Shown here: one piece after another, positions 36,515 to 43,375 of the stretch | How positions within the stretch are numbered: position 1 is the stretch's first letter | Layout of the letters: the number at the start of each line of letters is the position of its first letter | Source of the DNA: a candidate division WWE3 bacterium RAAC2_WWE3_1 | GTDB lineage: Bacteria > Patescibacteriota > WWE3 > UBA101185 > UBA10185 | DNA length: 43,789 nt | Assembly: GCA_000503835.1 (NCBI GenBank) | Contig: CP006914.1 | Span: 1 to 43,789 of the forward strand | Direction of reading: 5' to 3' | Program-made: the position numbers and the translations under genes | Notes under the pieces: model-generated | The model's database searches: none | Told to the model about the DNA's origin: nothing | The model's input: the letters and a program-made list of their open reading frames with translations, nothing else

Positions 36515-36523
36515 TGATAGAAT
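36515..36523 (+). promoter_or_regulatory. Extended -10 TGaTAGAAT, 8 nt before ATG 36532
   Basis: TG at 36515-36516 and TAGAAT at 36518-36523. Confidence 0.45.
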
Positions 36524-36531
36524 AGTCCATT

Positions 36532-36798
36532 ATGGGAAACAAAAAAACTTCGAAGTCGCGAAAAAAAGAAAGACGTTTGACTGAGATTGCACGTGCGCAG
36601 TCTGCCCGTCAGGGAAATGTCCGGCCGAGAGTACTCGCCGCGTCCGCCGAAGTAAGAGATGAAAAATCTATAGGCAAAATAGGATATCACGAGCTTCCCA
36701 CAGCTGAGATAAAAAGAGATATGGTAAAAAATCTTATATTTATGGTGTTTGCAATAATGACTATAATCGGGATAAAGATCTCGGGCTGGAGTTTATAG
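36532..36798 (+). CDS. Small basic tail-anchored hypothetical protein (88 aa)
   Basis: K/R-rich N-terminus (MGNKKTSKSRKKERR) and a C-terminal TM (LIFMVFAIMTIIGIKI). No family recognised. Confidence 0.45.
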   Translation: MGNKKTSKSRKKERRLTEIARAQSARQGNVRPRVLAASAEVRDEKSIGKIGYHELPTAEIKRDMVKNLIFMVFAIMTIIGIKISGWSL

Positions 36799-36816
36799 CT
36801 ATAGTGCGAGACCGAC

Positions 36817-37824
36817 CTAAAGTCTGATTTCCGCGTCGATAAATTCTTCCAAACCTCCATCCAGCACGTACTCAGGGTTCGTTGATTCCACATTCGTTCT
36901 AAGATCTTTCACGAGTTTATAGGGGTGGAGTACGTAATTACGGATCTGATTTCCCCACCCGGGCATTTTGTAATCGCCTTTTGCCTTCTTTTTTTCAGCT
37001 TCAATTTTTTCCAGCTCCAACTTATACAGTTTGGATTTGAGTATTTTCAGAGCTTTTTCTCTATTCTTTCCCTGAAATCTTTCTTCCTGACATTCGATGA
37101 TTATACCGGAAGGTTTGTGTTTTAAACGCACCGCGGTCGATACTTTGTTAACATTTTGTCCGCCGCTTCCCCCCGACCTAAAAAAATCCCACTCGATATC
37201 TTCTTCTTTCAGTTCAATGTCGTCTATATCTTCGTTAATAAGCGGGATTACCTCTACAAGGGCAAAAGAGGTCTGTCTCAGATTATCGGCGTTGAATGGA
37301 GATTGTCGTACAAGTCTGTGAACACCGGATTCGTTTTTTAGAAATCCATACGCGTATCTTCCGGATATTTCGACGGTGCCGGTTTTTATTCCCGCTTCTT
37401 CCCCGGCTACGGTGTGAACTTCGTGCCATTCCCAACCGTTCTTTTCGGCGTAACGTTTGTACATTCTAAATAATGTAGCGGCCCAGTCCATGGCCTCAGT
37501 CCCACCCTGGCCTGAATGGACAGTAATAATTGCGTCGTTCTGATCGTGTTTTTCTTTAAAAAAAGTGTTGAGCTCCAAACGGTGAAGTTCACGTTCAAAA
37601 TTTTCGTTGTCACCTTCCTCGGCCATAAGTTCCAACATCTCATAATCTTCGATGTCTTTCTTTAATGATGCTAGATCTCTGGAAACGGCATTGCCTTCTT
37701 CCCAGTTTTTCCATGTATCTTCTTCAGCGACTCTTTCCTCGAGGGTTTTGATCTTGGCTCTTTTTTCGTCTATAAACAGCCCTTTTTTAAGTTGTTCCAG
37801 TCTTTCGCGAAGAATTTCCTGCAT
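36817..37824 (-). CDS. prfB: Peptide chain release factor 2, uninterrupted (no programmed +1 frameshift)
   Basis: SPF (RQSPFN) and GGQ ([10 protein letters not shown]) motifs. The N-terminus [24 protein letters not shown] aligns across the usual frameshift site with no in-frame TGA. Start at 37824 rather than the ORF track start 37890. Confidence 0.92.
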   Translation of the reverse strand: MQEILRERLEQLKKGLFIDEKRAKIKTLEERVAEEDTWKNWEEGNAVSRDLASLKKDIEDYEMLELMAEEGDNENFERELHRLELNTFFKEKHDQNDAIITVHSGQGGTEAMDWAATLFRMYKRYAEKNGWEWHEVHTVAGEEAGIKTGTVEISGRYAYGFLKNESGVHRLVRQSPFNADNLRQTSFALVEVIPLINEDIDDIELKEEDIEWDFFRSGGSGGQNVNKVSTAVRLKHKPSGIIIECQEERFQGKNREKALKILKSKLYKLELEKIEAEKKKAKGDYKMPGWGNQIRNYVLHPYKLVKDLRTNVESTNPEYVLDGGLEEFIDAEIRL

Positions 37825-37833
37825 AACTATGAG

Positions 37834-37842
37834 ATTATACCA
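37834..37842 (-). promoter_or_regulatory. Extended -10 TGgTATAAT (minus strand), 9 nt before the prfB ATG
   Basis: The reverse complement of 37825-37842 reads TGGTATAATCTCATAGTT followed by ATG. Confidence 0.45.
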
Positions 37843-37852
37843 CCGGGCTTGT

Positions 37853-40420
37853 TCAATCCATTGCTTCCGTTCCGAGCAGAAGCTGATCACCCGGGTTGAT
37901 CTCTTTTCTGAGCATTTTCGTGGCTATATACGTTTCTACGGTGTCCTCGATAAGTCGTGCCAACGGCCTGGCTCCCCATTCGGGGGAATAGCCTCTTTTT
38001 GAAAGTATGGCGGCCAATTCCGGTTTAAATTTAACGTGGATGCCTTTCTCTTCAGTAAGCTTTTGCACTTTATCCAACATGAGCAGGGTAATTTCTCGCA
38101 TGTTTTGCTCCGTAAGGGGGTTGAAAACAACTATCCCTGAAAATCTGTTCAGGAACTCGGGGGCAAACTTCTCCCGAACATCCGCTAATGCCCGTTCTCT
38201 CATCTTTTCCAGAGTTCCGTGTTCCGTAAAGACCTGTTGTATGGATTTAGTTCCGACATTGCTGGTGGCAATTATTATTGTGTTCGTGAAGTCTATTTCC
38301 ATTCCCGAGTTATCCGTAAGTTTTCCTTCATCCAGCACCTGTAGAAAAGTGAGCAAAATGTTAGGATGTGCCTTTTCAATCTCGTCGAGCAGTATTAAAG
38401 CGAAAGGTTTTGTGCGCACCATTTCGGTAAGCAACCCCTTGTTATTCCCGTCCGTATCTCCCAGAAGCCTGTTCATACTGTCTACCTGTTGGTATTCACT
38501 CATGTCCAACCTGATCATGTTGGTTTCGTTGCCGAAATAGTGCTTGGCCAGTGCCTTTGCTGTTTGGGTTTTTCCGATACCGGTCGTTCCTACGAACAGA
38601 AAGCTGGCAATAGGCTTGTTCTCATCGCGTATTCCCGCCCGGGCGCGTCTCAGGGCTGTGGATATTTGCCTTACAGCCTCATCCTGTCCGATAACCATCG
38701 TTTTCATCGTCTCTTCTATGGAAAGCAGTTTTTGGGCTTCATCCTGAGTAACTGTTTCGACCGGGATACTGGTCATCTCCGCTATTTCGGCAGCAATGTC
38801 GGAGGATGATAATATTCCCGAACCACCCTCTATTTTTGTAGAAGTTCTGTTAAGAATGTCAATCGCTTTATCGGGGAGGACACGTTCATGCATAAGTTTT
38901 TCCGATAGTTCTACGGTTCTGACCAGAGCGGGGTACGTTATAAATATGTTATTTTTGCTCTCTAACTTATCTGCTTTGGCTTCGAGTATCTTTACTGTTG
39001 TGTCTTTAGGCAGTTCGTCTATCCGGACTATATGAAAAAGGCGGGCAAAAGCCCCATTCGGTTCAATGTACTTTCTATAATTAGAAACGGTCGTCGCGCC
39101 GATAAATTTTATTTTGTCGTTTGTGAGATGGGGCTCGAGCATTGTGTAGATTTTTGAAGTTTCAGCGTCGGTGTCTCCGGCACCCGCTACCAAATTGTGT
39201 ATCTCGTCGATGAATAGAATAATGTCGCCCGAACCTTTCACCTCACCCATAACCTTTTTAAGGTTTTCGGCAATCATTCCGGGTGATGTAGCACCTGAGA
39301 TCAGACCGCCTATGTCCAAGCCAACCAGCCTGTGATTACTGAGAGACTTATAATCATTATTTTCCATGATCTTTTGTGCAATTCCCTTCACCAGCGTAGT
39401 TTTTCCGCTTCCCGGTTCGCCTATAATGAGAATGTTTTCTTTGGAGCCGCTCAGGATCTGTGCCACCTTTGTTATATCAGCTTCCCGGCCGAGGATTTTT
39501 TTATATCTTCCCAGAGCTACTTCTTTGGTGTAATCGCGCGAGACCGCGTCGAGGTTGGGTGTGACCCTCCCGAGCATTCCTTTTCCGAAACCCCCCGTGA
39601 ACAAAAGTTCGTAGTCGTCCTGCCAGAGGAAAATTCTGTCTTTCCCGTTCCTTTTGTCGCTCTCCCATTCAATACTTCCCTCAACGTATTTAATGGAGGT
39701 GTTGAGCGAAGACAATATGATATCGATCTTCGGTATGTTGTTAAGCAACGCCAGTAACAGGTGTTCCGTCTCAATGTACTTGGATCGAAACCTCAGGGCG
39801 TCTGCGAATGCAGCCTGTCCGAGTGTCGGAATCTGTATTGAGGGCGCCGATCTTAATTTATCGAAAAGCAGATCCTTGTTGATTTCCGAGCGTTTGAATA
39901 TTTTTTTTACACTGTTGAGGTCGAAAAGCCACTTCATACCGGAACTCTGCTCTGAATCCAGTTTCTCCAGACCGATCAGGACATCTTTCCTACAGCTTGC
40001 CTGAAAGTTTTCTTTGGTGTTCTTGTTTGTTCTGATCCTGGGGGTATCTCTGTTTCCTAATAGATATAAAAGGTAAATTGTGAGTACGTAAGCTAGGGCA
40101 TAGGCAGGACCCGAGAACTTATAGACGAACGCCGGAGCCAGGTACCACGCAACCGGAAAAAGCGCACTTGCCGGAAAGAGAATTAAGAAAAACACAAGAC
40201 CAAGTACTGTCCAGACAACTCTTATAAAAAAACCTATAAATCTTCCGACTATCGAGTAGTCTCCGAAGAGGGGTACAAATAAGAGCCTGAGATTTGTGGT
40301 AAATGAGATCTGGTTGTTAGTGAGCGCAACGATTCGGGAAGATATTTTAAGAATACTTCGTGGAGCTTTTGCAAACCACCATATTATAAATTCGTGGGGT
40401 AGTCTGGGCAGAGACTTCAT
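37853..40420 (-). CDS. Membrane-anchored two-ring Clp/Hsp100 AAA+ ATPase (ClpA-like architecture, no M-domain)
   Basis: A ~130-aa N-terminal region with several hydrophobic helices. One Clp-N-like repeat ([14 protein letters not shown]). AAA1: GEPGSGKTT / [11 protein letters not shown]2: GTTGIGKTQ / [12 protein letters not shown]. Only ~10 aa lie between LPDKAIDIL and the D2 linker, so there is no coiled-coil M-domain. Confidence 0.85.
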   Translation of the reverse strand: MKSLPRLPHEFIIWWFAKAPRSILKISSRIVALTNNQISFTTNLRLLFVPLFGDYSIVGRFIGFFIRVVWTVLGLVFFLILFPASALFPVAWYLAPAFVYKFSGPAYALAYVLTIYLLYLLGNRDTPRIRTNKNTKENFQASCRKDVLIGLEKLDSEQSSGMKWLFDLNSVKKIFKRSEINKDLLFDKLRSAPSIQIPTLGQAAFADALRFRSKYIETEHLLLALLNNIPKIDIILSSLNTSIKYVEGSIEWESDKRNGKDRIFLWQDDYELLFTGGFGKGMLGRVTPNLDAVSRDYTKEVALGRYKKILGREADITKVAQILSGSKENILIIGEPGSGKTTLVKGIAQKIMENNDYKSLSNHRLVGLDIGGLISGATSPGMIAENLKKVMGEVKGSGDIILFIDEIHNLVAGAGDTDAETSKIYTMLEPHLTNDKIKFIGATTVSNYRKYIEPNGAFARLFHIVRIDELPKDTTVKILEAKADKLESKNNIFITYPALVRTVELSEKLMHERVLPDKAIDILNRTSTKIEGGSGILSSSDIAAEIAEMTSIPVETVTQDEAQKLLSIEETMKTMVIGQDEAVRQISTALRRARAGIRDENKPIASFLFVGTTGIGKTQTAKALAKHYFGNETNMIRLDMSEYQQVDSMNRLLGDTDGNNKGLLTEMVRTKPFALILLDEIEKAHPNILLTFLQVLDEGKLTDNSGMEIDFTNTIIIATSNVGTKSIQQVFTEHGTLEKMRERALADVREKFAPEFLNRFSGIVVFNPLTEQNMREITLLMLDKVQKLTEEKGIHVKFKPELAAILSKRGYSPEWGARPLARLIEDTVETYIATKMLRKEINPGDQLLLGTEAMD

Positions 40421-40432
40421 AACATAAGAATA

Positions 40433-40804
40433 TCAGACTTGGCCCGCCTTTTGTACACGGATTCTGTGAACGAGCAAACCGAATGTGTATCCCAAAAGCC
40501 AGTACAGTACGGGAATGTATTTCCCGTTGTATATGTAACCGGAAGGAATGATAAAAACGACTTTTCCTAGAATTTCTTTTTCCGAGACCGGAAAGGGATC
40601 TTCGTGCTCATTATTGTCCCCTTTTGTTATAAGGAGTACCCCCGAAAGGGACTTTTGAATCCCTATGACACGGTGTGTTACAGTAACTCCGTTCTGCCTG
40701 AAAGAGACGATATCACCGCTCTTTATTTTGCGGACAGGTACAGTTATGACAACATCTCCTTTACCGGCGACCGGTCTCATGGACCCTGTTACGACGTAAA
40801 ACAT
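40433..40804 (-). CDS. Signal peptidase I, SipW/archaeal-ER type (Ser-His). Its true N-terminus is probably upstream, up to ~40870
   Basis: TGSMRP (catalytic Ser), VTHRVIG (His), ITKGDNNEHED and a C-terminal TM. The frame stays open upstream to 40921 and encodes RYYLIILIFLLAGTAKLAGVS, but contains no ATG, GTG or TTG. Confidence 0.8.
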   Translation of the reverse strand: MFYVVTGSMRPVAGKGDVVITVPVRKIKSGDIVSFRQNGVTVTHRVIGIQKSLSGVLLITKGDNNEHEDPFPVSEKEILGKVVFIIPSGYIYNGKYIPVLYWLLGYTFGLLVHRIRVQKAGQV

Positions 40805-40885
40805 TGAAACCCCGGCTAATTTTGCTGTTCCCGCCAGTAAAAATATTAATATAATTAAGTAGTACCTGTCCGTAGTGTTGCCCCC

Positions 40886-40923
40886 GAATCCGCGTGTAGC
40901 GACCGCTACATCTGCGCGGATTC
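40886..40923 (-). promoter_or_regulatory. Intercistronic stem-loop (9 + 6 bp) spanning the stop codon of the TasA-like gene
   Basis: GAATCCGCG (40886-40894) / CGCGGATTC (40915-40923) and TGTAGC (40895-40900) / GCTACA (40905-40910). Loop of 4 nt and a 4-nt bulge. No U-tract follows on the minus strand. Confidence 0.6.
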
Positions 40924-41493
40924 AAACTCAAAATCAAACAGGGCGGATTTTCCCTGTTTTGTGCTGCTTAAATTTTCCGTGGAGAATCTAAGCACCAAAG
41001 GTCTCGTCTGCCCGGGGTAAATCTGACCCACGCCAAAACCTTCGGTTTTCCATTTTACGACCGTTTTTTTACCCAGACTCATTCCTACCTCTCCGTTGTC
41101 AAGCACCCCGTTGCTATTTGCGTCATTCCACTCGAAGATCTCTACGTTGATGTCCGATCTCAGTTCTGCGGGATCGTTCGTTGTTTCGTAGTAGGCGTGC
41201 GATGATATTGTGATGCCCGAAGTCCCGTTGTTAATGAGCTTGAGGGGGTAATCGGCCGACCATGTTTGTCCTATGTTTCCGAACGTTGGTCCGGGGAGTT
41301 CATCGACAAGATTTGTAGGGTCGGTACCCTTAGGTAAATCCTTTAAAAACCTAAGATCGGCACTTCCTATGGAAAATGTTGAACCCAATACCTTTGCTTT
41401 GTCGGTGAACGCTGCAAACGTCACTCCCGCGGCCAAACTTATTATTATCCCCAGGCCTGCCAAGTAAACCGGTAAATTTTTGCTTATTTTCAA
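40906..41493 (-). CDS. TasA/camelysin-family secreted protein with a SipW-dependent-type signal peptide
   Basis: MKISKNLPVYLAGLGIIISLAAGVTFAAFTDKAKVLGSTFSIGSADL matches the characteristic TxAxFxD..N/S.F..G..DL signature. The TTG start overlaps the radC stop (TTGA). Strong SD GGGAGGGGGTGAG. Confidence 0.75.
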   Translation of the reverse strand: MKISKNLPVYLAGLGIIISLAAGVTFAAFTDKAKVLGSTFSIGSADLRFLKDLPKGTDPTNLVDELPGPTFGNIGQTWSADYPLKLINNGTSGITISSHAYYETTNDPAELRSDINVEIFEWNDANSNGVLDNGEVGMSLGKKTVVKWKTEGFGVGQIYPGQTRPLVLRFSTENLSSTKQGKSALFDFEFESAQM

Positions 41494-42179
41494 TTTTTCT
41501 CACCCCCTCCCAATAAATTTTGTGCTCTCATGCTGGAATAAGAGTTGTCGCATACGATAAGGTGATCGGTAAACCCGACCCCCACTATTCTGCAGGCGTT
41601 TTCAAGCCTTTGCGTCACTTTTATATCCTCGGCACTCGGGTACGGTTCTCCTGACGGATGGTTGTGAACCAGAATTATTGAAACAGCGTTGTTTGTTACC
41701 GCGACTTTTATTATCTCCCGCGGGTGTATCAAAGTTTCGTTAACCGTACCCACCGATATCAGACTCCTGTTGATAACAGTATTTCTTGCATTCAGGGTAA
41801 TTAAATATAAATGTTCGGTTTCTTTTCCTAAAAGGCTCGGTTTGATGTAGTCGTAGGCATCTCCCGGAGTCGATATTCTGATGATAGCTCTATTTTTGTT
41901 ATTGTATCTTCTTGCCAGCTCTTTAACCGCGGCGAGTTTTATCGCTTTGGCTTCTCCCAGATTTTTGTGTTTGACCAGCTTTTGGATAGGGGAGTTTAAG
42001 AGTTCTGTCAGCTTTCCTGCTTCTTTTATTAGACTTTGGGATAGTTCAAGAACGGATTGTCCTTTTCCTCCGCTGGAGAGGATTAGAGCAATAAGCTCGG
42101 CGTCTGACATGGTGTCCGCCCCTGAATTTAAAAGTTTTTCCCGTGGCCGGTCTTCCCGGGGTAATGAAAGAATATTCAT
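41490..42179 (-). CDS. radC: RadC-family JAB/MPN domain protein
   Basis: N-terminal HhH-like PREKLL..LSDAELIALIL, and the JAMM motif ILVHNHPSGEPYPSAEDIKVT. Confidence 0.9.
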   Translation of the reverse strand: MNILSLPREDRPREKLLNSGADTMSDAELIALILSSGGKGQSVLELSQSLIKEAGKLTELLNSPIQKLVKHKNLGEAKAIKLAAVKELARRYNNKNRAIIRISTPGDAYDYIKPSLLGKETEHLYLITLNARNTVINRSLISVGTVNETLIHPREIIKVAVTNNAVSIILVHNHPSGEPYPSAEDIKVTQRLENACRIVGVGFTDHLIVCDNSYSSMRAQNLLGGGEKN

Positions 42180-42241
42180 GCAATATAATCTAGGTTATTG
42201 CAATGTATATTTCAATATGCTAAATTCTACCCACAATATCT

Positions 42242-42517
42242 ATGTCCGAAATCAGCACAAAGATAAAGGATATAAGGAACTCGTTTAAATTATCTCAGTA
42301 TAGATTTGGAAAAAAGATAGGTGTTTCGGGTAAGACGATTTCGGCTTATGAGACCGGGCGCGCTGTTCCTCCGGAAAGGACAATTAACTTAATCTCGGAA
42401 GTTTTTTCCGCGCCCATCCTCTATATGAATAAGGTTGAAAAATGTAAGCTGCGCGACCAAATAATTTCACTTAAGAATTTCGTGGAAAACCTGGAAAAAG
42501 TTTTGGCTGAGAATTAA
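42242..42517 (+). CDS. XRE-family helix-turn-helix transcriptional regulator (91 aa)
   Basis: IKDIRNSFKLSQYRFGKKIGVSGKTISAYETGRAVP is a typical HTH_3 pattern. Divergent from radC. Confidence 0.8.
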   Translation: MSEISTKIKDIRNSFKLSQYRFGKKIGVSGKTISAYETGRAVPPERTINLISEVFSAPILYMNKVEKCKLRDQIISLKNFVENLEKVLAEN

Positions 42518-42948
42518 CGCTTCGAATATTGAGGAGCTTTTCTTGCCTTGTGCAGGTAAGGTTTCTTTCTCTCGACCATTCTTGAATCTCTGGTCAAAAG
42601 ACCCTGTTTTCTAAGTGCAACGGAATATTCTTCGTTCATTACCGAAAGAGCCGCGGAAATTCCGTGTGTTACTGCCCCGAGTTGAGCTGCCTTACCCGAC
42701 CCCGCTACTTTTATGCTGGCTTTAAATTTTGCCTTGGGGTGTGAGACTCCGAGAATATGAAACGGTCTTGTCCAGGCTATCTGTTCTTTTTCCGACGGGA
42801 AGTATTCATTAATATCTTTACCGTTCACCGTAAATTCACCTTTTTCATCCCACATAAATACTCTTGCCACAGCTGTTTTCCTTCTTCCGGTTCCTGCGAA
42901 GAATTTAGGTTCTATTTTTGTTTTTTCCTGTATTTTTTCTTTTGCCAT
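42514..42948 (-). CDS. rpsI: 30S ribosomal protein S9
   Basis: GTGRRKTAVARV...PQYSKR C-terminus. Start at ATG 42948, 4 nt after the rplM stop. Confidence 0.95.
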   Translation of the reverse strand: MAKEKIQEKTKIEPKFFAGTGRRKTAVARVFMWDEKGEFTVNGKDINEYFPSEKEQIAWTRPFHILGVSHPKAKFKASIKVAGSGKAAQLGAVTHGISAALSVMNEEYSVALRKQGLLTRDSRMVERKKPYLHKARKAPQYSKR

Positions 42949-42952
42949 GTTT

Positions 42953-43375
42953 CTATTTTGTGGTCTCCTGAGCTTTGTGAGGATGCTCGGGGCCTGCATA
43001 TACGTGTAAATTTGTTAATCTTTCGCTTTCAAGTTTATTTTTCGGAAGCATACCTTTGACAGCGCGTACCAGTATTTGTGCAGGGTCTTTTTCCAATATT
43101 TTTTCTATCTTTTCTTCTCTAAGCCCTTTGGGAAACCCGGTATGATGCATGTATACTTTCTTTTTCATTTTGTTACCGGTCAGCGCTATTTTTTCTGCAT
43201 TGGTAACCACAACAATCCCGCCTGTGTTCTGGTTAGGGGAGAACTCGGGATTATTTTTACCGATCAGGATTTTTGCTATATCGGCTGCCAGCATTCCCAA
43301 CACTTTATTCGTGGCGTCGTAAAAATACCACTTTCTGTTCTGTGTTTTTTTAGCGGATGTGGTTTTATTTATCAT
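42953..43375 (-). CDS. rplM: 50S ribosomal protein L13
   Basis: KWYFYDATNKVLGMLAADIAKIL..HTGFPKGL..AVKGMLPKN. Confidence 0.95.
   Translation of the reverse strand: MINKTTSAKKTQNRKWYFYDATNKVLGMLAADIAKILIGKNNPEFSPNQNTGGIVVVTNAEKIALTGNKMKKKVYMHHTGFPKGLREEKIEKILEKDPAQILVRAVKGMLPKNKLESERLTNLHVYAGPEHPHKAQETTK

Noticed and set aside
36794-36803. Palindrome TATAGCTATA between convergent genes (small protein / prfB) as a bidirectional terminator
   Set aside because: It is a 10-bp AT-rich perfect palindrome with no loop and no flanking T/A runs, so it is too weak to call.
37700-37890. Programmed +1 frameshift site in prfB, and the 22-codon N-terminal extension in the ORF track
   Set aside because: There is no in-frame TGA or CTTTGAC-type site, and the RF2 alignment is continuous from MQEILRE. 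The extension overlaps the end of the Clp gene and the -10 element.
38007-39757. Plus-strand ORFs of 177, 141, 106, 79 and 67 aa opposite the Clp ATPase gene
   Set aside because: All lie antisense to a gene with two unmistakable AAA+ modules, and none has promoter or SD signals.
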